Shown here: piece by piece, positions 44,800-57,414 of the stretch | How the letters are laid out: the number at the start of each line of letters is the position of its first letter | Position numbering within the stretch: the stretch's first letter is position 1 | NCBI GenBank assembly: GCA_048013815.1 | Contig: CM106585.1 | Span: 1,178,001-1,242,000, forward strand | Origin: Setoptus koraiensis | Lineage: Eukaryota; Animalia; Arthropoda | DNA length: 64,000 nt | Direction: 5' to 3' | Notes under the pieces: model-generated | Told to the model about the DNA's origin: nothing | Seen by the model: the letters and a program-made list of their open reading frames with translations, nothing else | Databases searched by the model: none | Made by a program: the position numbers and the translations under genes

Positions 44800-44878
44800 G
44801 ACCGTTAGCAGACCGTTAGCAGACTGTCCGCTGACCGTTCGCCGACCGTGCGCTGACCGTTAGCTGACCGTTAGCTGG
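44800..44878. repeat. 11-bp degenerate minisatellite (GACCGTTAGC[A/T])
   Basis: Directly visible tandem units. Confidence 0.8.
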
Positions 44879-46792
44879 CCGTCAGCCGCGGCTCGAGTGC
44901 ACCGACTAAAAAAACAGCGTGCACTGTGTTGTTTTTTATTTTTCCAGATTTCCGACGTGTCGTCACAAAGCTGACCAAACAAGTCTGGCCAGTGGTCACT
45001 CGGGGGCCCACGTACCACCTGGCCACATGTCCGGCCTCGCAGACAAACAAACGGACCGACAAACGAACGGACGGACAAACGGACGGACGGACGGACAGAC
45101 GGACTGACTGACTAACCGCTGACGTTATTTCGAAATCCACTCTGCATGCCAGCGTGTGTGTGTGTATGTGTGCGCGTGTGCCAGCCATTATCCGGGGAGC
45201 GCAAACAGCGAGCTTGCACTGATAATTGTTCGTCTGGCAATGTGAGGCCCGAGGCAATTGGGGGCCCATTGAATCTGTGCCAGCGGTTTGATGGGCGCTA
45301 AATCACGTGCTGGCGCTGGCATTGTTGTTTGACGTTGCTTGTTATCGTTTTAAGAATGCAACGCTCAACCAATAGACACTGTGGCTTGTGGTTTGCGCCA
45401 TTTATCCAATGCAACGCGACCGCTTAATTTTGCATCATCATCATCATTGCAGCAAACGCGTTATTATTATATACAATTGAGAAGTACTCTTGAGATAAAG
45501 AAATAATGCCAGCTCTTAGCATGCAATAGCATGCAAAGAGCTGGCACAGTCACTGCGCGCCACACATATGAAGCTTCCGAAGTGGGGCCCCATATGTTTG
45601 CTTATTCTATAAAATTGGCAATGTGAGAGCTTGTGGCCATTCTATTTTGGGCAGCAGTCAATTTTTGTTTTCGTATGCAACCACAACATCGTCACACATA
45701 CCGTTACACCGACAACTGCTCACAGTGTATGCTTGCGATGTTGTGGGGCCCGCTTGGTAATTGTAAACTAGTGTGTGTCGGTGTGAAGTGATTTACCGAG
45801 TTATTGCGCATATACGCACGGCTAGCAAGAGCGGGGGGGGGACAAAAAACGATTATGGGGCGCATAAGCTGTAAAATATGCCCCCTTGGCCGGCGATATT
45901 ACAATTGCTGGCGGCAGTGCTCGTTGCCGGCAGCCGTTACAGTTAGTTGTGCCCATCGGTGGGCACAACAACCTGGGTTTGTTTTGCGCCTCGATAGTTA
46001 TAACGCTAGTAACAATGATACTTCTGGTGATAGTCGATAGACAGTAGTGATAGTAATGATGCCGGTATCGAGACGAATCACCAAATAATGGAGATTGGCC
46101 CCCGAGATAAAATACGGAGTTGTATCAGTGTCTCCAGGCTGCAATTATCCAATATTAACGAATGACAGGTGAGTGACGCTCTCATTTCGACTGGTATTTT
46201 TGCTATATTTGAATTGATTCCCATTCTCTGCTCATCGATGGCAATTCTTTCTTTTTTGGCCCGCTCAAGCTGCTTCGTCTTGAGCTTTCATCAATAACTG
46301 ATGATCGGCGTCAGTTATTGCTTTTGCAACTGTTGTGCCCGGCCGAGTTGCAATTCATCGCAACGCGCACCACTAATTGTGCCCATCTGCTGGTAGTTAA
46401 CAAAGTTACGCATTATGATAGGTAGCCGACGAGACAACAATGACAACAACGGCACACACACACACGTAACATAACTGCATAGGATAAGTCAACAATGGCC
46501 ACTGGTGACAAGTTGATGATATGATTTTCGTTGTCGAGCCGCCAGGGATTGCGACAAAGAGAGTGTGTCATCTCAGATTGAGTCTTGTCAGTGACTGAGA
46601 TTGGCATCCCCAGAAACGATCTTTGGACACACAACACAAGAGCCTCTTTGGGCCACTTTCTCTCTCGGCAGTCTCTCGTCTCTGGCCAGTGCCGGTTGCG
46701 CAATGTCCGCACTGAATTGGCCGAAATTGTGCACTGTTGCATTGACTGCCAACCATTGTTTGTAATAATTCGACTGCAAAAACTAATGGCTT

Positions 46793-46868
46793 GCCCACTA
46801 GCAACGTGCCCACTAGCAACGTGCCTACTAGCAACGTGTCTACTAGCAACGTGCCGCTTGCAACGTGC
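46793..46868. repeat. 15-bp minisatellite (ACTAGCAACGTGCCC-like), about 5 copies
   Basis: Directly visible; it produces the HVASR and TLLVG repeats in overlapping ORFs. Confidence 0.9.
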
Positions 46869-47317
46869 TGCAGGTAGCGCCGGCTTACAATCAAGTGTAG
46901 GCTGGCTTTGGGCCACTTGAGCCACTTTGTCACACCACCTGTCTTGGCATACTTGCCTATGTGCGTGTATCATCTAATGACAAGAGTGGCCATAAGAGGC
47001 GCTCACACTAAATGACAAACAAACAAACGAACAAACAAGTATCTTGGCAGCCTCTCGTCGGCAAATCATAACACAACAAAACAAACAAGCATTAGCGAGC
47101 ACACTTACCTTTGCTGAATGAATTGCGTAAGACAGATAGGCCATCACGATCAACGTCAGCTGACTGGCTGGCCCACCGTGCTCAGCTGACATTGTGACGC
47201 TGTCCAGGTAGGCGACAATAATATGTTTGGACACGTTGCTATCGAGAATTAAAGCCGTAGCTTATTGTCTGGCCAATCGTCACTTGAAGCCTTTGAGTGT
47301 CATAATAAGATAGGCAC

Positions 47318-47379
47318 GCTGCAAAAGTTTGAGCTCACCTTGTTGCTGCAAAAGTTTGAGCTCACCTTGTTGCTGCAAA
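47318..47379. repeat. 27-bp perfect tandem duplication containing splice-site-like motifs on the - strand
   Basis: gctgcaaaagtttgagctcaccttgtt at 47318 and 47345, with a partial copy at 47372. Confidence 0.95.
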
Positions 47380-50300
47380 TGTTGAGACGAGCATAAGAAT
47401 ATGACTCAACTCTGACACACAATAGACGCGCCACATAAATAAGTAAGACACACACGTACTATTCTAGATATCATATCTCTAGCTGGTTCATCCGCTCAAA
47501 TCACAAACAAGTTTTTGGCTCTATTTTTAGCTTGACCATTATTGCGAGCCCTATCAAACTCAAACAGCAATCTAGTTTTATCTGTCGAGATAAACAGGCC
47601 CGTCAGCACAACGGAAATGAGCATCGAGAAGAACAATAGACAACACGCAGTTGCAGGGCCACCAGACAGGTGTGTTGCTGCGCTCTGCTTAATCCCGGCC
47701 GACAAATTAGATCAGTGTCAATGGCGAGATCGTGTCAGGTGATTTGGTTATATCTCTGAGATGCTTATCTGCATATCTCGCTATCTACATATCTACATAT
47801 CTGCATATATGTGTGCATATATGGTGTATATAGTGTCGACTATGTCCAGTCTAGTTGCCAGGCCAGCTATTGGCTGCCAGCTAGACCCTCTGCTGGTGCA
47901 GATTTAGCAGTGAGAATAAGTGTGAGTCGTCTGCCATAATGACAATGACGAACATGATCAATATAGCGACTTTGTTTGTTTGTTTGGGCCCAGCGCGAAA
48001 ATTCTGTAACGTTGATTACGATCTAGGCGACACTGGCCAGATTACAAAAGTCCCAAGGGTGCCCACTTGCGTCCACAGTCAGGTGTTGTCCGTTAACCAG
48101 GTCGCCGACAGGTCAAGCTCACAATCAAGACCATAGTTCACAACTCACACCCTACTGCAGCCCTACTATACACAGCATAAGTAGTGTGCATTTTTCAGCA
48201 ATTTCACCTTTCAAACGATGACTATCTTGTGACGCACAAAAGACAATGATAAACAACCAACGATCCACATGGATAAAATCAAAATCAGCACTATTATGGG
48301 GGGGGGGGGCAAGGGCGTCTAATCTCGGCTGGCTCCATATTGTGCAGTACATAGTGGCTGACCTGACCCCCGTTGCAATGGGCCCTGGATGACCAATTTC
48401 AATCAATCATGCTAGCACGCGAACGATTATGCACGAGCTTTCAGTCGTGCAATATATGCTGCAATATATATAAATATTATTACATCAACTATGTGTTTAT
48501 ACACTATATCACAATACACAATAGATATATATATACATATAAGTAAGCAATATATATATACATATTGCGTATAACCACATTTATATTATAAATAGACCTG
48601 CATGTAGATTAAATAGGCTGCAAGCAACAGCATGCCAGCGAGCAAGTCAACTTGTGATCATTATCGCAGATATCTTTGTAATGTATTATCTAGCTCATTG
48701 GCTTGCTTAGGCATGCCTCTTAATCATGACCAGGCCACCAGGTTACGCTTATCTCACGTGCTATCATTCTATTCTGGGATGCAAGTGGCACCATTCTCAA
48801 GTTTAGTTACGTAACTAGCTAGTGATTCATCATCTATCATTGGCCACTGATTAAGCGACCGAACTGACTCTCAGCTTTGCTTGGTCAGCTTTCTATGCGA
48901 CCGCTAGTAGAGGCAAACACCAAAGTCATTACGATATACACTTGCTATATAATTCAACAGTGTCTCTGTCATATTGCTTGTCATCGTCTTCATCATCGGG
49001 CAAAACAAAGTTACACAACAATGTTACAATAGCATCCATAGGTCGATTGACAATGTTTCAATTGGCAGTTGTTGTCGGTTCATCATTTGCTGATATAATC
49101 TGTGGATAAAGTTGCTGTCACTTGGTCAGCTGAACTGTCCAAAAATAAAGTATGATTGTCCAATAATTTGTTGAACAGTTTGCTGATGATCCAATGTGAA
49201 TCAAGGTCGCCCATCACAAGCATATTAACACAAATTGTTTGCCAAAATCTCCTATTGCACGCACGACATGACGTTAAATCCCAAATAAATTGCCTAATAG
49301 CAATATCTCAGTTCGTTGGCTGCTAATTAAGCTACTCAAGCTGCAATAAGTGCTCTGTTGTTCCGCTACTGCCGATAAAGCTTCAAATAATGTCATCAGA
49401 CAATACACATATATAACTAGATAAGGCGATTTGTCATTGTTGAAGCATAAACGCATCATGACGTAAATAATACACACATAGTAAATGCGACGACAATAAT
49501 GCGCTCCGATGCGCAGACAGTTATAGCATCATTGCATGATTATTACCATCCACAAACTTATTATTCAGTTCATTGATCTATCTTTTTGCTACGGTCAACA
49601 ACAAATCAGCACAATCACAGCGAATATATGATACTTGTATCGAGGCCATTGCCATGCTAAAGCAATTATCAACAATTACAACTGTTCACAGATAAGAGGC
49701 CATCAATAGGAATAGATTATTTGTGTAATTTGCATAGACATTATTAGGCTAACTGTTAATGTAAATGTATTGTTAATCTTGACTACTATGTGCCCCCAGC
49801 AGTATACTTCTGATGAGCCGAGCTAAAGCGGCCAATTAGCTGTGATTGTTGACATGGCCAAACAATCAGCGCCCTTGTTTATAGCGTGATTATCAGCAGA
49901 ATGGTGAGCATCACTCTAATGATGACGACAATTCTCTCAAGTTGTCTTTGGCCACTACTGCTTGTTTGCATTGGTATCTTTATCAATTGTTTAATTGTTG
50001 GTTGCTACTGTGCCACTTATATTATATTGTTGCTGACGTTTATCGTAGCGGCGATGCCAGTTAAGCCGTCCAGATTAATTGTAAATACCGTTGGTCTAAT
50101 GGCCGTATATGGTTGATCTTTGTCGTTTGACAAGCATAAACCCTCTACTTAGCCAACAACTTGTTTGTAATGTCATTACGTTACATATTATTTTGGGATA
50201 GTTGAGGTTCGGGCTGGATGAGTTATAATTTGACGGTAGTTGGCATGGGAATGCTGTTATGTGCTCGTTTTGGTTTGTGATGCTCGCTCGCTCAAACAAG

Positions 50301-51864
50301 CAAACAAACAAATGAGCCGCTATAGTTGTATAATCAAATAACTGTAAACTATTGTTACTGGTCACAACGACAACAAGAGCAGCAACAGCAGATGGGCAGG
50401 CTGCTATTATCATGCCATTGCTATCAAACGTTATGTAATGCTGAATGCGCTAGTAATAAAGTAAAAGTGATAGCTGCTGTAAGAGTTGTTGTAGGCCAGA
50501 AAGGGCAAGTGGCCTGCCATGTATTTATGCTCTATTGAATTGAGCACCAGTGAAAGTGTGACTGTGGCGCTCTTGACGAATGGGGCCACGCAGTTCACAA
50601 CAAGAAACAACAACAAATCGATGTCTGGGCGTTAGATGGACCATCAATTTAAATATAGTTATATGCACGTGTTTACATGAAACACAAATAGATATATCTG
50701 ACCATCTAAGCGGCTCAACAAGCAACCAGCCAACCAGACAACACCGAATATACGAACATCTAAACAGATAGCTGTGTGAAGATGGTACCAGTCAGTGGAT
50801 ATTGTCTCTGTTGTCGTTTGTTGGTCTTTGGCTGTTGGTTGTGCGCTGTTGATGCCCTCGCTGGCCATTCACTGGCTATCTAGATGGATAGCATAGCACT
50901 CAACAGCGCCTATTTGTCTGGATATAAATATCAAATTGCCAGCCAGCCGGTTGGCCAATAGACAACATCATGTCATCGAGGCACCATAAATATTGCATGC
51001 ATCACTAGGTATAATCTAGGTACAATCTAAATATAGTGATATCATATATATATATTTATATTTATATATATATAGTGTAGGAAGTACAGAGAGGCAGAAG
51101 CCACAAGGATACTGTTACCGAATTATTATTTATCACACAAACACACTTGAATCACTTTAATGCAGCACACACACACACAATTGAGCAACATGGGTGTCTA
51201 AGCAAAGTTTCGAGGGTTAGATAGCGAGCCAAGATCAAGAGCCGTCGAGCAATTGAGCTGATGCAAGCGCTGGTGTGCCGATGTCCAATCATCAATGCGA
51301 TCATATGATGATATAAATTGATACGAGGCCCACAGAGAGAGAGAGAGAGAGAGAGTATTGCTGAGTTGAGATGGTCGCACACGACTTGAGATATACTATC
51401 TATCTAGACATGGATGATGTTACGTCATGATGATATGATATGGTCTGATCCGAACCCAGCCGAACCGAACCGATCCAAGCCCAACCAAACTGAGCCAAGC
51501 CAAGCCGATCTGATCCGATCTGATCTGATATGACGTTGGACAGGCAAAAGAACGGGGGAGTCCGTTGGCATATTATATAACGCGGTTATGCGTTATGTAA
51601 TATATGTGTGTGTGTGTGTGTGTGCCATTGTAATATTGATGCGTCATATATTATAGGCAGACACTATGCATTGATATTGATGGAGCATGTCAGCGTGAAT
51701 CTCATGCATCTCTCATCATCATTGTCCGTGACGTGGCATCCGATCAAATGATGTGCTGATACACACCCAAACCGAGCCAATCATCGGACAAAGAACGCGG
51801 AACTTGCGCGTGGATTCGCTTCATGATCACCAGCTTCCACAACACAAACAACAGCAATTGAAAC

Positions 51865-51930
51865 TGCAACAACAACGACAACTACGATAACAACAACAAC
51901 AACAACAACAACAGCAACAACAACAACACC
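51865..51930. repeat. (CAA)n microsatellite
   Basis: Directly visible. Confidence 0.9.
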
Positions 51931-53260
51931 GACCCATCAATCTTGGTGATAGATAGAGTGAATAGTTTTTAATAGAGACAAGATAGACCATGTTCATGTT
52001 GTGCACCTGTACAAGTGGCGCGCATTAGCTTAGCGGGTCCCAGTGAAAGCATTTTATGCTCCAAACACCAGACAGACAATCCATTCAATTGACGGCGATG
52101 AACGTATGTCGATTGAACGTATGTCGACCAACATTTGGTACACACGATGAGCGACAATCCTAGTCTCTCATCTGTCCTCCCTCACCTGGCCAACTCAGCT
52201 AAGAGCTTAGGTAATTGAAGAGATGGAGAAGAGATTGGCCGAGGAATAGTTGCCTCAACAAGCTAAATTGTCACTTGTTTGATGACAAATTATAATCATA
52301 CCTCATGCTACCTACCTTTTGGTTGCTGCTTTGGCGCCACAATTGTCACCGGATAAGCCACTGATGTGAGCTATTATCGAGATGACACCGTTTAAGTATC
52401 AGAGAAAGATGTTGAGCATCTTATAATGCGAGATGAATAACTTAAGCTGATTTTTGTTCTTCTATTCGTGTGATTCTTTGTTTGTTTGCAAGTAGTTGTT
52501 GCACGCTATAGATAGCTGAACTTATACACAATACTTTTGCTACTTATATCCAGTTGAGCTCTATCGAAGATGACGACTGCATTCATTGTGACTTTAAATC
52601 AATTGCAATTATTACTATATTTTATGTTTGTGACACTTTTCTTACGTAACTTTTTCTATGTCGATATTGTGTGTATATTTAAATCTATTTGTGTGTGCAA
52701 TCAAGCAAAAGTTTTGTTTTGAATAGAGGACAGAAAAAAGCCATCTGACAATTGTTTTTTTTTGCATCTAGTTTGTGTTTATATCACTGTTGGGTCTCAT
52801 GAGTTACGTAACAAGAGTTTCGCAAGTTGACGAGACGACACAAGAGGCGAGCGAGACAAGACACATCACTTTAACTATTAACTACAACTGTCTTGTTTGA
52901 CATAATAACATTGACACTTTTTACCGAGACACTTTCTCTTGATTTTCTATTTCTTTTATCTTGTGTTGTGCACTTTTTGATGTTGTCATGTCTGCTAATG
53001 CTGTGACATTTTATTTTATTTTATCATTTAGCAATGCGATTCTATTGTTGATTGTTGATAATAGATTGTGCTCCCCACCAGATGTTGCCTCTTTCATGTT
53101 AAAGGCTCAAATGATGTTGATACAGTAACTTCACAACAACAATTATACTCACCATCTAAAGCACCTAGGGTAATACGCACGCGCGACACCTAGGCTCACG
53201 CCGCAAACCAAAACTGGTTCCTCATTGCAGCTTCAGCCAGTTTAGGGTGCATGGTCCCTT

Positions 53261-53275
53261 GTCGCCATCTAGTGG
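53261..53275 (-). promoter_or_regulatory. CTCF-consensus-like motif CCACTAGATGGCGAC
   Basis: The reverse complement of gtcgccatctagtgg matches the bilaterian CTCF core CCASYAGRKGGCR. Motif match only. Confidence 0.35.
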
Positions 53276-53468
53276 TGGGTGTCTAGAGTACACTACGGAG
53301 AAACTGCCCAAACGAATATAGAAAACAGTGGCGGCAATCACAGATTCAATGAGGATCTAGTTACTCCCAGCTCGCTAGCACATATTCCTTTCGAAGTATT
53401 GATCAAATGAAATTAAGCACAACAAATCACATGGACTGTTTTGAAGTCGAGAAAAGTCCCATTCGCTT

Positions 53469-53702
53469 GTGTCAAGGGGTTGTCTCATTTCGGGGTATTT
53501 TTATTTTTGGTCTTCGATTCTTGAAAATAGGGTATGGTTGGAAAGATCTCTCTCCGGTGGAGCCAGAAATCTGGTTTATTTCTGTTTCTGGTTTTTCGAG
53601 AAATCTCGACCTGTTACACTGGACGAGCTGTTGTCAATGGATGAAAATATCTCAGTTTGTGTAGGCTCATTGGTCAGGGATATAATAAATTTAATAGAAT
53701 AA
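53469..53702 (+). pseudogene. 3'-terminal remnant of an F-box/LRR-UPF1-like helicase paralogue (cassette unit 1)
   Basis: 53597-53695 aligns closely with 61013-61110 (EKSRPVTLDELLSMDENISVCVGSLVRDIIN vs EKSRPVTLDDLLSENENILVCVGLLVRDLIN), in the same position relative to the ankyrin gene. Confidence 0.8.
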
Positions 53703-53743
53703 TAATAACTCAGATTGACCAGTGAATGCAAGCTATACGGCAT

Positions 53744-54607
53744 CTACGATGGAACATGGTGTCCTTCAGATTCGAACAATGTTCTCATAAAGTCACTCTC
53801 TTCATCACGATGCGATAATCTCGAGAACTCAATAGAACGGTGAGGTTTTCTACCCGCCCTATCCCTTATATGTGGGTCGGCACCACATTGCAGCAGTAGC
53901 TTCACCGCATCATAGCTTTCATGGAGGCAAGCTTGATGCAACACAGTATAACCCCTAGAATTATCATTGTTATCTATATAGTCAATCATTCCCTGTCTTC
54001 CTTCCTTCTCCTCCACATGCCTAAGTAGTAGCTCGAGACATCTCATGCCTTCTCTTTCATAGGCAGTGTAAAGTCCAAGATGAACAGGTAAAAACCCATA
54101 ATTCGTTCCGAGGATGTCCGAGGAAGTCTTCTTATAGTCTGCGCCAATCTCTAACAAAAACTTAATGCTTTCATAACGTGCCTTGTTCATGGCATGTGCC
54201 AAGGGAGTCATGCCCTTATGATCGTTTTGGTTTATGTCGAAACCCTTAGACATAACAAAACTAATCATTCCAGGGCTATTAGATTCTATAGCTAGATTCA
54301 GAGGTGCTCTACCGCTTTCTGTAAGATCAGCCCCATTTTGAATGAGAATTTCTGCAATCTCAACAGATCCACCCCTGATTGCTTTTTCTAGCGAACGAAC
54401 ATTAACATTAGCCCCTTTTGATATCAAATAGATGACAGTGTCAACTTGACCACCGAGTGAAGCGCCGTCCAGTGCTGTGTCGCCATGATAATCGGTATAA
54501 TCCACATCAATATTTTCTTCTTCAAGGTAGAACTTAACCTTCTCCATTCGGCCAGCCATCGCTTCTTGTACAAGTTGATCTCCATTTTTGTCGTTGGTTT
54601 GTTTCAT
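53744..54607 (-). CDS. Ankyrin-repeat protein (287 aa, about 7 repeats), paralogue 1, intronless
   Basis: Intact ATG-to-stop ORF with G-x-T-[AP]-L...L-L-x-x-G-A-D/N repeats (GDTALDGA...LISKGANVN; GMTPLAHA...LLEIGADY; GYTVLHQAC...LLQCGADPHIRD). Confidence 0.92.
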   Translation of the reverse strand: MKQTNDKNGDQLVQEAMAGRMEKVKFYLEEENIDVDYTDYHGDTALDGASLGGQVDTVIYLISKGANVNVRSLEKAIRGGSVEIAEILIQNGADLTESGRAPLNLAIESNSPGMISFVMSKGFDINQNDHKGMTPLAHAMNKARYESIKFLLEIGADYKKTSSDILGTNYGFLPVHLGLYTAYEREGMRCLELLLRHVEEKEGRQGMIDYIDNNDNSRGYTVLHQACLHESYDAVKLLLQCGADPHIRDRAGRKPHRSIEFSRLSHRDEESDFMRTLFESEGHHVPS

Positions 54608-54846
54608 AGCGTTGTTATCTCCAATTATTATTCGTCATGGAGAGGTTGATATTCCTGGATGAATATGTACCTTTGTATCACTCTACCTGTGCTGGTAGGT
54701 GCAAGATAGCTCACAATAATGACACGGATTTCAAAGGAAATATTTACAATGACTATGATAATACTGAATGTGAGCCAAGTTGAAAGTTACTATGGTCTCC
54801 GCTACTTTTGATATAATGCAACGTTATGAGTGAGATGATTGACAAA

Positions 54847-54943
54847 GGTATACTCGATAACAATCTCATTAGTCGGGTGTTACAAATGCTAGCACACGCT
54901 GTTGTTTCAATGTAAGTCAATTTGACACAAGAATGGCCCCCAT
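54847..54943. repeat. Duplicated segment 5' of ankyrin paralogue 1 (partner at 57780-57898)
   Basis: ggtatactcgataacaatct...cacgctgttgtttcaatgt...gaatggc(cg)ccccat is shared at equivalent positions upstream of ankyrin genes 1 and 2. Confidence 0.85.
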
Positions 54944-55261
54944 GCATTTTCAAATCGTAAATACCTTGCATCCAGCCGACAGATGTCGCCCTGGATTTTT
55001 TAGTGTTTCCAGAGGTTACCTGTCGTACATGAAAGATTTCACAATCTGTTGCAATGCGTCTAGCCTTATGTTTCGTCAACCTGGCTCACAACCGGCCGGG
55101 CCGAGGTTCTGGCTGGTTCGCGTCAAGACGCCAAATTCTATTGAATATCCGAATAGTCAATGTGGAGTATGGAATGTTTCGTTGCTCTGCTTCGCAATGA
55201 AATCTCATCAAAACAGGGTTTTCAATTCAAACGCCGAGAGCCTTCAATCCAAAACTATTAC

Positions 55262-55326
55262 GTAGAGGACTGTTGTACTCTGAATTCAGAAAAATCTCGA
55301 CTTATTACACTGGACGAGCTGTTGTC
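55262..55326 (+). pseudogene. Second 3'-tail remnant of the helicase gene (cassette unit 2)
   Basis: gtagaggactgttgtactctgaatt-cagaaaaatctcgacttattacactggacgagctgttgtc matches 60981-61050 with a small deletion; it is truncated next to the MULE remnant. Confidence 0.85.
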
Positions 55327-55447
55327 AAAGTTCCAGCCAAGAAAGGCCGGCAAACATCATTCAGCAGGCTGTTGGAGAGATGCCAATCGATGCTGCCTTT
55401 GATTTGCCTACTAGAATGGCTACCCGGAAAACAATCTATCGTCAAAG

Positions 55448-56094
55448 ATGATGATAATGGACGGGACATTTAAGTTTTGCCCTATTATCCATGGACAAAT
55501 TCATACCAAACATGGTCTTGTCGGGATTGGCGATAAGAAGAGATGCATGACCATGGTTCATGTTCTGATGTCGAACAAAAAAGAGCAGTCATATCTCAAG
55601 TTAATGGATGTTCCAATTGATCGATGTTCTAATTGATTAATGTGAGCAAAATGGCCTCAATCTTCCGCCACAGTACATACTGACAGATTTTGAGATGTCA
55701 ATTATCAATGCTGTCGGAGTCAAGTTTCCGAATGCACAAAGCACATTCGCACCGCGGATGCCTATTTCACCTAGGCCAGATAGTGTATCGAACCGTGCTA
55801 GGCAGAGGGCTTGTTAGATTGTACGGTGATACAGCTTCCGGTCTGAGTATGCAGGTGCGACAATTAGCACCTCTAGCTTTCTTACCGGAAGTCGAGATTC
55901 AAGCTGCTTCTGATTCACTTATACAGATTATTGATGTCAGAGCCCAAGGTTTGCTTGAATTGTTCGACAAGTACTATGTAGGAGGATATATCAAGAGTCA
56001 CGGTGTGCGTAAAGATGCCCAGTTTCCACCCGGAATGTGGTCAATTCATGACCTGGTGGTCGCGAAATTGCCGAGGACAACGGAAATAAATTGA
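55448..56094 (+). mobile_element. Mutator-like (MULE) DDE transposase remnant, frameshifted
   Basis: MDGTFKFCP (first catalytic D), TDFEMSIINAV (second D), HRGCLFHLGQ (CxxH motif) and FPPGMWSIHD...LPRT, spread over frames with stops. The catalytic E region is lost. Confidence 0.85.
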
Positions 56095-56538
56095 TGTGCT
56101 ATATATCAACCATTCTGCTATATTATCTATGGTGTCTACCTGGTTCAATACTGCCTCATGACGGGATACATCTGACCAACGGCATACATTTTTTTTGTAC
56201 ACTTGCTGCGGTATTTTGAAAGGACATTTCGTATAAGGAGTACTCCATGGTCGTACAGTTGTTTATACATGCGCAATCAAATGCTAGAGGTACAATTATT
56301 CATCACTATGAGAGATGAAAATTGTCAGATCTTCTCTTCAGTGTCGCCGATAATGTATGCACTGAGAGATGCAGTGAAACAACAGCGAGAAAGAGTGTCA
56401 TTCACAAGGTTTGAAAGATTGAGGCAAGCTTTCGAAAGAATGTCAGTAAACCAGAAGTAGACACTTGCCCCCTTGCCTCCTTCCCCCTGGACCATCGGAA
56501 ATTTTCTATGGGGCCCTTCCGGCGCTACAACTAAAGTT

Positions 56539-57414
56539 TCACGAAAATCTGGCTCGGTCGGCGAATAATTTTCCGAACAATTTCTGTATATGCTTGCGAT
56601 TGTCTATACGTGTTTCATTAATATGACACCAACTTACGATGCAATGGTAAGCTTTGCGACCCTTCTTATCTCTTATATTTGGGTCAGCGCCACATTCTAG
56701 CAACAGCTTGACCACATCATAGCATCCGATTGCACAGGCAGTATGCAAAGCAGTAGTCCCCCAATGATTGTCATTGTTATTTATATAGTCAATCATTCCT
56801 CGTCTTCCTTCCTTTGCCTCCACATGCTTTAGTAGTAGCTCTAGACATCTCAAGCTTTCTCTTCCTAAGTAATAACGAGGGTGATTAAAAGGTAAAAACC
56901 CATAATGCCTGCGCTATATGTCCGAGGAAGTCTTCTAATAGTCGGTGCCGTTCTCTAGCAAAAACTTAACGCTCTCATAACATCTAAACATCATGGCATG
57001 TGACAGAGGTGTTTCACCAAGATCGTTGTATTGGTCAATGTCCAAACCAACAGACATGACAAAACTAATCATTTCAGGGTCATTAGAGTATGTAGCTAGA
57101 TTCAGGAGATTGACACGTCTTACTTCTTTACAATCTGTTTTAGCTCCTTTTTGGATGAGGATTTTTGCAATCTCCACATGTCCTTTTTCAACCGCTCTTG
57201 CTAGCGGACAAAAATCAATATTAGCTCCCTTTGATATCAAGTAGTTAACAATATCAACATGTCCGCGAGAAGAAGCAATGGACAGTGCTGTGAGGCTACC
57301 ATCCTCAACATAATTCACATCAATGCTTGCTTCTTCAATATAAAACTTAACCTTTCTTAGTGGGCCACGAACTGCAGCCGACAATAGCTGACTGCGTAAC
57401 TCACCACTGGACAT
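56539..57414 (-). pseudogene. Ankyrin-repeat paralogue 2 (291 codons) with two in-frame TAG stops
   Basis: ORFs 56935..57414 and 56539..56853 share a frame. The bridge reads GTDY*KTSSDI*RRHYGFLPF...SLRCLELL, with TAG at 56935-37 and 56914-16, collinear with paralogues 1 and 3. Confidence 0.88.
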
